Positions 1 to 9,562 of a stretch of DNA of 64,000 nucleotides are shown in pieces. The position numbers were made by a program, and so were the translations under genes. The stretch covers positions 928,001 through 992,000 of the forward strand of contig CAWHAZ010000005.1 in NCBI GenBank assembly GCA_963827475.1. Reading direction: 5' to 3'. How positions within the stretch are numbered: the stretch's first letter is position 1; every line of letters begins with the position of its first letter. This DNA comes from an uncultured Chloroflexia bacterium (GTDB lineage Bacteria > Chloroflexota > Limnocylindria > QHBO01). The notes under the pieces are model-generated. The model saw only the letters and a list, made by a program, of their open reading frames with translations. It was not told the origin of the DNA and ran no database searches.

Positions 1-1052
1 GGCAGGTTCGTCTCCGCCAGCTCGTACGGGCCGTCGCTGTAGAAGCGGATGTAGTCCAGCTGAACCTCGTCGAAGCCCTTGGCCGCGAGGTCGCCGGCGA
101 TGGCGGCGACGTACTCCGCCACGCCCGGGTTGCCGGGGTCGAGCCACGTCCCGCCGCCCCAGTCGGTCCACGGCTCGCCGGTGGCGGTGTTGCGGACCGC
201 CAGCTCGGGTCGTGACCGGCCCAGCGTGTTGTCCTTCATGACCACGACCCGGGCGATGGTGTAGATCCCGCGCTCTTTCAGGGCGGGCAGCAGCTCCTCG
301 AGGCTGAACACCGGCGCGTCCATGAGCGATCCCGCCTCGACCGCCTCGGGCAGGTCCGTCGGGTAGTACAGCCAGCCGCCGGTCTCCTTGACGTCGATGA
401 CCATGGCGTTGACCTCGGACCGATCGATCAGCGCCAGCATCGCGTCCAGCCGCCCGGCGCCCTCGAACACCGCAGATGGCGCGTACAGCGCGCGAGCCAC
501 GAACGTCGGCAGGGTGACGTCCTTGGTCATCTCCTCGTCGATCGGGATGACCCCCAGCCGATGACCAGCCGCCTTGTAGATCAGCGTGCCTTCCTCGGGC
601 ACGCCGGGCAGCGCGTAGGTGCCGTCGGCGGCGGTCCGGACCCCGCTTCCCTGTCCCTCGACGAAGATCCGGGCACCGGCGATCGGAGTGCCCGCCTCGT
701 TGCGGACGGTCCCGCGAACGGTGTTGTTGCGCAGCGCGATCGCGACCTCGTCGTTGCCCGGCACGGTGGCCGAGCCGGCGTCGAACCCGTCCGCGGACGC
801 GTTCACCTCCTGGCCCTCGAGCGCGGTCACCACCGCGACCCCCTCGGCATCGGTGGTCGCTGCACTGTCCGCGGCCGACACCTGGACGCCTGCGAGCGGC
901 TCGTCGGATGCGGCGTCGGTCACCGTCACGGTCACCGGACCGGGCGTCGGCTCGGGCAGGATCGGCAGCTGTCCGGAGCAGGCGGTGATCACCGCCATTC
1001 CGGCGAGGAGGAATGGGCCGTGACGCGCGAGGCGCCGGGATGCGGACCTCAC
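1..1052 (-). CDS. Lipoprotein with carboxypeptidase-regulatory-like repeats and a putative glycoside hydrolase (DUF4015-like) domain; 3' end lies outside the window
   Basis: Manual translation from GTG at 1052: MRSASRRLARHGPFLLAGMAVITA-C (lipobox), beta-rich VTVTDAASDEPLAGVQV, then NAMVIDVKE...GIYTIARVVVMKD...WLDP...GFDEVQLDYIRF. Confidence 0.7.
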   Translation of the reverse strand, partial: MRSASRRLARHGPFLLAGMAVITACSGQLPILPEPTPGPVTVTVTDAASDEPLAGVQVSAADSAATTDAEGVAVVTALEGQEVNASADGFDAGSATVPGNDEVAIALRNNTVRGTVRNEAGTPIAGARIFVEGQGSGVRTAADGTYALPGVPEEGTLIYKAAGHRLGVIPIDEEMTKDVTLPTFVARALYAPSAVFEGAGRLDAMLALIDRSEVNAMVIDVKETGGWLYYPTDLPEAVEAGSLMDAPVFSLEELLPALKERGIYTIARVVVMKDNTLGRSRPELAVRNTATGEPWTDWGGGTWLDPGNPGVAEYVAAIAGDLAAKGFDEVQLDYIRFYSDGPYELAETNL

Positions 1053-1738
1053 GCCACCACCCCGGCGGCGTCGCGGAACGCGGCCACGGCCGGTGCAAGG
1101 TCGCCGTCGTGCTCGTAGAGCGCCGACCCGACGACGAGGATCTCGCCGCCTGCCCCGTACGCGGAACCGATGGTCGCGGCGTTGACGCCGCCGTCCACCG
1201 CAATCGGCAGGTCCAGTCCGCGAGCCGCGGCCTCGTCGGCCAGTGCCTCAAGCTTGGGCAGCACGTCGGCCAGGAACTCCTGACCGCCGAATCCGGGATG
1301 GACGGTCATCACCAGCAGGAGGTCGATTCGGTCGAGGAACGGATGGACCGATTCGGCCGGCGTCTCGGGATTCAGGGCCAGGCCGGCCTGGCGGCCGGCG
1401 GCGTGGATGGCCGAGATCACCGCGCCGGGCTCGTCCGCGGACTCGACGTGGAAGGCGATCAGATCGCTCCCCGCCCGGGCGAAGTCGGCAGCGTAGCGCA
1501 GCGGCTCGTCGATCATGAGGTGTGCGTGGAACGGGATGTCGCTGTGCGGCCGCAGGGCGGCGACCACCGGCGATCCGAACGAGATGTTGCCCACGAAGTG
1601 GCCGTCCATGACGTCGAGGTGGATAGAGTCCACGCCGCCGGCCGTGGCCCGTGTCACTTCGTCGCCGAGCCGGGCGAAATCGGCGTTCAGGATGCTGGCG
1701 GAGATGTGCGGCGGCCGGCGGTTCATCGGTGCATTCAT
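1049..1738 (-). CDS. rpe: Ribulose-phosphate 3-epimerase
   Basis: SASILNADF, HLDVMDGHFV, MTVHPGFGGQ, VDGGVN motifs. Confidence 0.97.
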   Translation of the reverse strand: MNAPMNRRPPHISASILNADFARLGDEVTRATAGGVDSIHLDVMDGHFVGNISFGSPVVAALRPHSDIPFHAHLMIDEPLRYAADFARAGSDLIAFHVESADEPGAVISAIHAAGRQAGLALNPETPAESVHPFLDRIDLLLVMTVHPGFGGQEFLADVLPKLEALADEAAARGLDLPIAVDGGVNAATIGSAYGAGGEILVVGSALYEHDGDLAPAVAAFRDAAGVVA

Positions 1739-2871
1739 GTCCCGACGAGCTCGAGCTCGGCCAGCGGCTCCCGGTTTGCCAGCGAACGTCGGCTCAGCTG
1801 GGCGTGGAGCTGTCCACAGGCCGCCTCGATCGACCGGCCGCGGGTATCCCGCACCGTGGTCGCCACCCCAGCGTCACGAAGAATCGTCGCGAACCGCTCG
1901 ATCCCGGCGCGGGGCGTGCCACCCCACGGCGAGGCGGGCGTCGGGTTCAGCGGGATGAGGTTGACGTGGCACAGCCAGCCGTGGGCGAGGTCCACCAGCC
2001 GCTGCGCCTCGGAGGGCGCGTCGTTGATGCCGTCGATCATGACGTACTCGAGGCTGACTCGACGGCGGGTGCGCTCCGCGAAGCGGCGGCCGGCGCCAAG
2101 GACCGCCGCGATCGGCCATTTGCGGTTGATCGGCACGAGCTCATCGCGAAGCTCATCGTGGGCGGCGTGCAGGCTGATCGCCAGGTTCACCTGCGGCAGC
2201 TCATCGGCCATCCGGTCCATGCCCGGCACCACGCCAGAGGTGCTGACCGTGATGTGCCGGGCGCCGATGGCCAGCCGCGCCGGATCGTTCAAGAGCCGAA
2301 CGGCGCTGAACACCGGATCGGTGTTGTTGAGCGGCTCGCCCATGCCCATGAACACCACGTTCAGATGGTGCTGGGGGTCGAGGACGCTGGCCCGGGCCCG
2401 CCGCCACCACAGAACCTGGTCCACGATCTCGGCCGCGGTCAAGTGCCGGCCGAATCCGGCCTGCCCGGTGGCGCAGAACGGACAGTTGACCGCGCAGCCG
2501 GCCTGGCTCGAAATGCAGATCGTCGTCCGTGGCGCCGAGCCGCCTCGGCCCGGGTACCGCATGAGCACCGATTCGATCCGCTGCCCGTCCGCCAGCTCGT
2601 GAACCGCCTTCTCGGTGAGGCTCTGGTCCGTGCCGATGACGTGCGTGTCGCCGATGCTCGAGAACCGATACGACGACCCGAGCGTGGCCCGGAGCCGTTT
2701 GGGAAGATCGGTCAGCTCGTCGAACGCAGACGCACGACCCGCCGCGACGCCCGCCAGGACCTGGCGGGCGCGATAGGCAGGTTCACGATGGTCGTCGAAC
2801 CAGGCGACCAGCTGTTCGGTCGCGACCTCGCTGATGGCCGGCAACGGCTCAGCGGGGTTGGGGTCAGTCAC
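1735..2871 (-). CDS. rlmN: 23S rRNA (A2503-C2)-methyltransferase RlmN
   Basis: CISSQAGCAVNCPFCATG radical-SAM motif, FMGMGEP, AACGQL. Confidence 0.95.
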   Translation of the reverse strand: MTDPNPAEPLPAISEVATEQLVAWFDDHREPAYRARQVLAGVAAGRASAFDELTDLPKRLRATLGSSYRFSSIGDTHVIGTDQSLTEKAVHELADGQRIESVLMRYPGRGGSAPRTTICISSQAGCAVNCPFCATGQAGFGRHLTAAEIVDQVLWWRRARASVLDPQHHLNVVFMGMGEPLNNTDPVFSAVRLLNDPARLAIGARHITVSTSGVVPGMDRMADELPQVNLAISLHAAHDELRDELVPINRKWPIAAVLGAGRRFAERTRRRVSLEYVMIDGINDAPSEAQRLVDLAHGWLCHVNLIPLNPTPASPWGGTPRAGIERFATILRDAGVATTVRDTRGRSIEAACGQLHAQLSRRSLANREPLAELELVGT

Positions 2872-3565
2872 GGCGGCCCATGACGAGGCTGAAGTAGTAC
2901 AGGAAGCTGAGCAGCGCCGTCAGTGCGGCGGCCACGTACGTCCAGGCCGCGGCCTTCAGCACCGCGCGAGCGCCGTCCTGCCGCTCCCCCACCATGCCCA
3001 GGCCCTGGACGAAGGCCAGCGCCTTGCCGCTGGCTCCGATCTCGACCGGCAGGGTGATGAGGGTGAATACGAACGCGGCGGCGAAGCCGATGAGGCCGAT
3101 GATGGCGAGACCGGTCAGGTTCAGCAGCAGCCCGCCGATGATCAGCCATGGGGCCAGGGATGAGCCGAAGCTCGCCACCGGAACGATCACCGATCGGGCC
3201 GTCAGCCACACGTCCCGCTCCCGATCCTGGAGGGCGTGGCCCACCTCGTGGGCGATCACCGCGGCGGCGGCGACCGACAGGCGCGGGCCGCCATCGGCCC
3301 CGATGCCGGCGACCGTCTGGCTCACGCGCAGCGTCTTCGAGCGCGGATCGTAGTGATCGGTCAGCTGGCCCGGCGTGGGCTCGATCTGGACGTTGGTCAG
3401 GTCCTGGCGGTCGAGCAGCCGTCGGGCGAAGTCATAGGCACTCAGGTCGATGCCCGAGTCCACCTTGGACCAGCGGGCATAGGTCGACCGCACGCGCCAC
3501 GCGGCCCAGCCCGTGATCGCGAGCATGACAACGAAGAGCACAAGGTAAGCGGGGTCGAAGATCAT
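2864..3565 (-). CDS. Membrane zinc metallopeptidase (YugP/Zn_peptidase_2 family)
   Basis: LTDHYDP, AHEVGHALQ (HExxH), LPVE, AAAWTYVAA. Confidence 0.9.
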   Translation of the reverse strand: MIFDPAYLVLFVVMLAITGWAAWRVRSTYARWSKVDSGIDLSAYDFARRLLDRQDLTNVQIEPTPGQLTDHYDPRSKTLRVSQTVAGIGADGGPRLSVAAAAVIAHEVGHALQDRERDVWLTARSVIVPVASFGSSLAPWLIIGGLLLNLTGLAIIGLIGFAAAFVFTLITLPVEIGASGKALAFVQGLGMVGERQDGARAVLKAAAWTYVAAALTALLSFLYYFSLVMGRRD

Positions 3566-3634
3566 CTTGAGGTGCCACCTCCCGGCACCGCAGGCGAGTA
3601 TAGCGAAGCGGCCCGCGGACCCCGAATTCGGCGG

Positions 3635-4576
3635 TCAGTCGGGCGGCGCGTCCCCGCCCAGCAGGAGATGTTCCCGGCTGAGGCCGTGGCGCCAGGCCTC
3701 GGCCGGCATCGGTGGCCGTCCCTCGGGCTGCACCATCTCGAGGGCAAGGGCACCGAGGCCGCAGGCCACCACCGGCGGCGTGCCGGGCAGCAGCGACCCG
3801 ATGGGCAGGCCGGGAAGCCCAGCGACCGGATGCGCGCGGCGGATGTGCAGCCGGCGGCCATCGAGCAGGGTCCACGCCCCGGGCCACGGCTGAAGAGCGC
3901 GAACGCGACGGTCGATGGACTCCGCGCTCGTGGTCCAGTCGATCCACCCGTCTGAACGGCGAAAGGCCGGCTGGTAGGTGGCCAGCGCCTCGTCCTGGGG
4001 CTCCGGATCGAGCGTGCCGTTCGCCCAGTCGGCCAGCGTGGCGGGCACGACGTCCGCCGCGAGCTCGCCGAGCTGCGCCTCCAGTGCCGGCGTCTGTTCT
4101 CGACCATCCAGCGGCACCGTCCACCGTCCGACCACCGGGCCCGCGTCGAGACGCTCGACCATGATCATCAGGCTGACGCCCGCCTCCGCGTCGCCGGCCA
4201 GGATGGTGGCCGCCACCGGCGCCGCTCCCCGGTGGCGCGGCAGGAGGGAGGGGTGGACGTTCAGCGGTGGCCGGGGGGCCAGGGCCAGCAGGTCGGCCGG
4301 GACGAGCTCGCCATATGAGACGAGCAGCAGCCCGTCCGGCTGGAACTCGGCGATCGCGTGGCGCGCCTCATCCGTGCGCAGCCGGGGCGGGGTCAGGAGC
4401 GGCAGGCCGGCGGTCCGGGCCGCCTCGGCCACGGGCGAGGCCCGATGTCGGAGGCCCCGGCCGGCTGGCTGATCGGGTCGGCTGACCACCAGGAGGTCGT
4501 CGACAAGGGCCGGGAGCCGCCCGAGGAGCGGGACGCCGAACGCGCCGCTGCCCAGGAACGCGATCCGGCCGAGCAC
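3635..4576 (-). CDS. fmt: Methionyl-tRNA formyltransferase
   Basis: PDQPAGRG, LNVHPSLLPRHRGAAP, LDAGP; adjacent to def. Confidence 0.95.
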   Translation of the reverse strand: MLGRIAFLGSGAFGVPLLGRLPALVDDLLVVSRPDQPAGRGLRHRASPVAEAARTAGLPLLTPPRLRTDEARHAIAEFQPDGLLLVSYGELVPADLLALAPRPPLNVHPSLLPRHRGAAPVAATILAGDAEAGVSLMIMVERLDAGPVVGRWTVPLDGREQTPALEAQLGELAADVVPATLADWANGTLDPEPQDEALATYQPAFRRSDGWIDWTTSAESIDRRVRALQPWPGAWTLLDGRRLHIRRAHPVAGLPGLPIGSLLPGTPPVVACGLGALALEMVQPEGRPPMPAEAWRHGLSREHLLLGGDAPPD

Positions 4577-5082
4577 TAGATCCCGGCCGCCGCCTCTTCC
4601 CGAACTTCCTCGGACGCCTCGCTCACGCGAACGAGCTCCTCGAGGGACTCGAGGTAGTCGATGTACAGGATCCCGTTGAGGTGGTCGATCTCGTGCTGGA
4701 GGGCACGGGCGAACAGCTCGTCACCCTTGACCCGGAACTCGCGGCCATTCCGGTCGCGCGCCTGGACGGTGACCTTCGTCGAGCGCTCGACCTCGGCCAC
4801 GAACCCTGGGATCGACAGGCATCCCTCCCAGTCGACCGTCTTGCCCGACCGGCGGACGACCTTCGGGTTCACCAGCTCGGTGATCTTGCCCTCGATCTCG
4901 ATGACCGCGACCTGGAGCGGCACGCCGACCTGGTTCGCGGCCAGGCCGATCCCCGGGGCATCCCGCATCGTCTCGAGCAGGTCGTCGAGGAGCCGATGGA
5001 GGGACGCGTCGAAGTCGGTGACCTTCTTCGTCTTCTCGTGGAGGATCGGCTCGTCGGCGGTCAGGATGCGGCGGAGGACCAT
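4576..5082 (-). CDS. def: Peptide deformylase
   Basis: GIGLAANQVG, EGCLS, QHEIDHLNG. Confidence 0.97.
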   Translation of the reverse strand: MVLRRILTADEPILHEKTKKVTDFDASLHRLLDDLLETMRDAPGIGLAANQVGVPLQVAVIEIEGKITELVNPKVVRRSGKTVDWEGCLSIPGFVAEVERSTKVTVQARDRNGREFRVKGDELFARALQHEIDHLNGILYIDYLESLEELVRVSEASEEVREEAAAGI

Positions 5083-5100
5083 GGCCGCATTGTAGGACGG

Positions 5101-7428
5101 TCAGAGCAGGGTCCCGGGGTCGACGTCGATGCCGATTCCGGGTGGCACTCGCTCCATGGCGGCTGCCCGGTCGGCCTCGGCCGCGGTGCGGACCACGACC
5201 TGCCAGCGCCAGCGGCCGGCCCGCCGCGGGACCCAGGCCGGCACCGGGCCAAGGACCTCCACCCCCTCGCCGGCGACGGCCGTGGCGACGTCGGCGGCAC
5301 GGGATTCCGCTCGTTTCGGGTCGGGATCCGCGACCAGGAGGCGCGCGAGCCAGCCGAAGGGTGGGTAGCCGAACGCCTGGCGCCGGGGCAGTTCGCCATC
5401 CGCGAAGGCGTCGACATCGAGGCGGGATGCCGCCACGACGGCCGGGTGGTCCGGTGCGTAGGTCTGGATGATGACCTGCCCCGGCTGTGGCCCGCGCCCT
5501 GCCCGGCCGGCCACCTGGGCCAGGAGCTGGAACGTCCTTTCCGCAGCCTGGTACTCGGGCAGGTGGAGCGTGACGTCCGCGGCAACCACCGCGGCCAGGG
5601 TGACGGCCGGCAGGTCCAGGCCCTTGGCGGCGAGCTGGGTGCCGACCAGCACGTCGGTCCGCCCGGAGGCGAAGTCGTCGTAGATCGACTCGAACCGGCG
5701 ACGGGCCGCCACCGCATCGCTGTCCAGGCGTCCGACACGCAGGCGCGGAAACCGGGAGCGGACCTCCGCCTCTACCCGCTGGGTGCCCGCCCCGAAGTAG
5801 CGGATCCGCGGGCTGCGGCAGCGGGGACAGCGGTCCGGGATGGGCGCAGTGCGGCCGTCGTGGTGGCAGCGCAGCTCGGTGGTGGCGAGGTGGTGGACGA
5901 GCGGGAGCTGGCACTCGGGGCAGCGGATCGGCTCGCCGCAGTCGCGGCACAGGATGAAGGTTGCCGCCCCGCGGCGGTTGATGAGCAGGATGGCCTGCTG
6001 GCCGGCGGGCAGCGACCCCAGGGCGTCGGACAGCGCCCCCGACAGGACCGACCGGTTGCCCTCCGCCAGCTCGGCGCGCATGTCGACGACGCGGACGGTC
6101 GGGGTGGCGCCCACTCGTCGCTCGGCGAGCCTGGCCCGCCGAGCGGACCCGCTCCGGACGCGGTGGATGGTCACGACGTCCGGGGTGGCGGTCGCCTGCA
6201 CGAACCGGGCGCCGGTCAGGGCCGCGCGCCGGGCGGCCACCCAGCGGGTGTCATAGCGAGGGGTGCGGTCCGCCTTGTACCCGCCGTCATGGGACTCGTC
6301 CAGCACGAGGAGGCCGAGAGCGCGGAGCGGCGCGAAGACCGCGGTGCGCGTCCCAACCACCACCCGGGCGTCACCGTCCACCACCCGTTGCCATTCATCG
6401 TGCCGCTCCCCGATCGAGAGCCCCGAATGGAGGACAGACAGCAACGGCCCGACCGCCGCGCGCAGCCGGTCGGCGATCTGGGGCACGCCGGTGATCTCCG
6501 GCACGAGGACGATCGCGCCGCCGCCGGTCTCGAGCGTGGCCTCGACCGCGGCCAGGACGACGTCCGTCTTGCCCGATGCGGCCACGCCCTGGAGCAGGAG
6601 CTCACCGCCGGGCGGAAGGTCCGCGATGTCCCGCAGGGCGGCGGCCTGCTCGGGAGCCATCTCGTCCGCCGCGGATCGCCCGGGGCGGCGGTGGGCCAGC
6701 GGGTCGCGGCGGACATCGGCCCAGCCCAGGTCGACCCAGCCGGCGGCCTCCAGCCGGCGGGCGGTGTCGAGCAGCGATCCCGGCTCGCGGCCGAGGCGCT
6801 CAGCGAGGGTCGCCAGGGTCATCTCCCCGTCCGCCAGCGCGTCGAGGGCGGCGAGCTGGACGGCCCCACGGACCGGCCGGCCCGGAGTCACGGCGCGCCG
6901 GATCACCCGTTCCCGCCGGGGCCCGGCCCGCGGCGGCCGGAGACGCCACGCGGCCCGCAGGGCACCGGCCCGTCTGCGGCTCTCGATCCAGCGGGGCGTG
7001 GCCCGGGGCACGATGCGACGGAGCTCCGATTCGGTGAGCACGGTCCCCGCCGGGGCGTCCCCCTCCGGCTGGAGGAGCTCCCAGCGCCGCTCCAGTCGAG
7101 ACTCGATCCCCGGCGGCAGCATCGCCGCCAGCGTCGTCCCGATCGGCGCGCGGTAGCGGACCGCGATCTCCTCCGCCAGGTCCAGCAGGTCGGGGGTGAG
7201 GAGCGGTCCGGAGACGACCGCCTCCACGGCAAGGGCTCCGGAGATCGGCTCGGCGTCCCCCGGCAGGAGGTAGCCGAGGGCCAGGCGGCCGCCGTACGGA
7301 ACCAGGAGCAGCGAGCCGGCCTCGGCGTCAACCGCGGCCGGTTGCAGGTAGGTGAAGGTGCGCTCGGGGCGGTCGACCTGGGCATCGACCGCGACCCGGA
7401 CGAACCGGTCGCCGCCGATCCGGGACAT
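5101..7428 (-). CDS. priA: Primosomal protein N' (PriA)
   Basis: GVAASGKT, DESH, four CxxC pairs, GTQLAAKGLD, QVAGRAGR. Confidence 0.95.
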   Translation of the reverse strand: MSRIGGDRFVRVAVDAQVDRPERTFTYLQPAAVDAEAGSLLLVPYGGRLALGYLLPGDAEPISGALAVEAVVSGPLLTPDLLDLAEEIAVRYRAPIGTTLAAMLPPGIESRLERRWELLQPEGDAPAGTVLTESELRRIVPRATPRWIESRRRAGALRAAWRLRPPRAGPRRERVIRRAVTPGRPVRGAVQLAALDALADGEMTLATLAERLGREPGSLLDTARRLEAAGWVDLGWADVRRDPLAHRRPGRSAADEMAPEQAAALRDIADLPPGGELLLQGVAASGKTDVVLAAVEATLETGGGAIVLVPEITGVPQIADRLRAAVGPLLSVLHSGLSIGERHDEWQRVVDGDARVVVGTRTAVFAPLRALGLLVLDESHDGGYKADRTPRYDTRWVAARRAALTGARFVQATATPDVVTIHRVRSGSARRARLAERRVGATPTVRVVDMRAELAEGNRSVLSGALSDALGSLPAGQQAILLINRRGAATFILCRDCGEPIRCPECQLPLVHHLATTELRCHHDGRTAPIPDRCPRCRSPRIRYFGAGTQRVEAEVRSRFPRLRVGRLDSDAVAARRRFESIYDDFASGRTDVLVGTQLAAKGLDLPAVTLAAVVAADVTLHLPEYQAAERTFQLLAQVAGRAGRGPQPGQVIIQTYAPDHPAVVAASRLDVDAFADGELPRRQAFGYPPFGWLARLLVADPDPKRAESRAADVATAVAGEGVEVLGPVPAWVPRRAGRWRWQVVVRTAAEADRAAAMERVPPGIGIDVDPGTLL

Positions 7429-7438
7429 CAGGGAGAGC

Positions 7439-8051
7439 TCACAGGCGCACGCGGCGCGGCGGCTCCCGCCGAGCCTCGGCCTGGATGACCTCCCAGATGC
7501 GGTCCGCCGCTTCCCCCGCGTGGCCGGTCTCGTTCACGACCACCTCGTCGTAGTCGGCCGCGGCGGCAATCTCGCCGACCGCGTTGTGCCGGCGGAGGGC
7601 CTGATCCACCGGGTCTTCCGACCCGCGGCGTGACAGGCGGTCGTCCAACGCCTCCATCGATGGCGGCATGACGAAGATGAGCAGCGCCCCGGGCACGGCC
7701 TCGCGTACGGCACGTGCGCCCTGCGGGTCGATGGTGAGGATCGCGTCCCGCCCGGCTCGGAGGATGCCCCGGATCTGGTCGAGCGGGGTGCCGTACCAGT
7801 GGCCGTGGACCTCGGCCGACTCCAGCAACCCGCCTTCGCCTCGGAGCCGATCGAAGGCACTCGGAGGTCATGAAGTGATAGTGCACCCCGTCCTGCTCCC
7901 CGGGGCGCCGGTCGCGGGTGGTCGCGGTCACGATCGGGACGACCTGGGGATGGCGCTTGGCGAGCTCGGCGACGATCGTGCTCTTGCCCACGCCGGATGG
8001 GCCGCTGACCACGACCAGCATCGGGTTCGGGAAGGTCATCGGCTTGCTCAT
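7439..8051 (-). CDS. gmk: Guanylate kinase, split by a single-base frameshift near 7859
   Basis: [27 protein letters not shown] in one frame and [13 protein letters not shown]...IDPQGA...PPS in another; removing the base at 7859 restores ...[16 protein letters not shown]... Confidence 0.9.
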
Positions 8052-9037
8052 GCCACCGCTCCCCCGTTCGATTCGGCGCCGTCGACCCGGTAGCCCGCCG
8101 TCTGCGGCAGGTCGCTCACCGTGATCCCGCTCGCGGCCAGGCTGGCGGCCAGGTCGTCCGGCAGCGCGGACCAGACCGCGACCCGCGACCCGTCCACCGG
8201 TCGGGCGAAGCTCAGCTCCGCGGCATGCAGAAACTGGCGGCGGAGCCCGCCGGGCCCCACCCCGCCGCCATAGCGAAGGTCGCCGGCGATCGGCAGGCCG
8301 AGGTAGGCGAGGTGGGCGCGCAGCTGGTGGGTTCGGCCCGTGTGTGGGCGGAGGTGAAGCAACGTGTGGCCTCCAGCGGAGCCGAGCGCCTCGTAGTCGG
8401 TCACGGCCGCCCGACCGCCGGACACCACCGCCATCCGCTGCCGGTCTCGAGGATGGCGGCCGACCGGCGCCTCGATCCGTCCACGGGCGGCGGGCGCTTC
8501 CCCCTGGACGAGGGCCAGGTACCCCTTATCGATCGAGCGATCGCCGAACTGCGACATGAGCGCGGCCTGCGCCGCATCGGTCTTGGCCACCACCAGCAGG
8601 CCGGAGGTGTCGCGGTCGAGCCGATGGACGATCCCCGGCCGGCCGACCCCCGCTACCGACCCGAGCGACTCCCCGCGCGAGGCGGACCGCCCCAGCAGGG
8701 CATGGACCAGCGTCCCGGTCGGGTGGCCGGCGGAGGGGTGGACGACCATCCCGGCAGCCTTGTCGACGACGAGCAGGTCATCGTCCTCGTAGACGACCCG
8801 GATCGGGATGTCCTCGGGAACGAGGGTCGGGTCCGGTGGGGCGGAGAGCACCACCCGCAGCCGCTCCCCGCCCGCCAGCCGGTCACTCGCCCGCCGCGGC
8901 CGGCCGTCGACCAGCGCCCGACCATCGCCCAGCAACCGCTGCGCGTGCGCGCGAGAGATCCCGGCCACCGCGGCCACCGCCACGTCGACGCGTCCGGCGG
9001 GGGCGGGGCCTTCCAGGATCCGCTCCCCGCTCGCCAT
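8048..9037 (-). CDS. RluA/RluD-family pseudouridine synthase with S4 domain
   Basis: [39 protein letters not shown]. Confidence 0.93.
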   Translation of the reverse strand: MASGERILEGPAPAGRVDVAVAAVAGISRAHAQRLLGDGRALVDGRPRRASDRLAGGERLRVVLSAPPDPTLVPEDIPIRVVYEDDDLLVVDKAAGMVVHPSAGHPTGTLVHALLGRSASRGESLGSVAGVGRPGIVHRLDRDTSGLLVVAKTDAAQAALMSQFGDRSIDKGYLALVQGEAPAARGRIEAPVGRHPRDRQRMAVVSGGRAAVTDYEALGSAGGHTLLHLRPHTGRTHQLRAHLAYLGLPIAGDLRYGGGVGPGGLRRQFLHAAELSFARPVDGSRVAVWSALPDDLAASLAASGITVSDLPQTAGYRVDGAESNGGAVA

Positions 9038-9543
9038 CAGGCGGCGCGTGCGGCGGTTCGCCGGTCGAGGATGGACAGGTAGAGCACCAGGCCGAGGATG
9101 CCGCACACGACCGCGGCGTCGGCGACGTTCCAGGTCGGCCAGCGCAGGCTGCCGATGCCGATCGACACCCAGTCGGTGACGCTGCCGTCGATCAGTCGAT
9201 CGGTCAGGTTCCCGAGTGTGCCGCCGAGCACGAGTCCGAGCAGCACGGCCGCGCTCGCGCCCCGAAGCCGGCCGGTGAGGTGGACCCAGGCGATGACCGC
9301 CAGGGTGCCGAACCCGACGAGGAGGAAGACGAATCCGCCGCCCTGGAGCAGCCCGAACGCGGCGCCCTGGTTCTCCGTGTGCCAGATCTGGAGGAAATCG
9401 CCGATGACCGGGATCCGCTCCCCGATCTCGACGTTGGCCACCACCCAGGCCTTCGTGATCCGGTCGAGCAGGTACACCACCGCCGCGGTCGCGAGGAGCA
9501 GGCCGCTCTCGGCCCAGGTGATGCGCAATGCGGCTCGACTCAT
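9037..9543 (-). CDS. lspA: Signal peptidase II (lipoprotein signal peptidase)
   Basis: NQGAAFG, GTLGNLTDR, WNVAD; downstream of ileS. Confidence 0.93.
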   Translation of the reverse strand: MSRAALRITWAESGLLLATAAVVYLLDRITKAWVVANVEIGERIPVIGDFLQIWHTENQGAAFGLLQGGGFVFLLVGFGTLAVIAWVHLTGRLRGASAAVLLGLVLGGTLGNLTDRLIDGSVTDWVSIGIGSLRWPTWNVADAAVVCGILGLVLYLSILDRRTAARAA

Positions 9544-9562
9544 GGCCCCCGAGCGTACGCGA

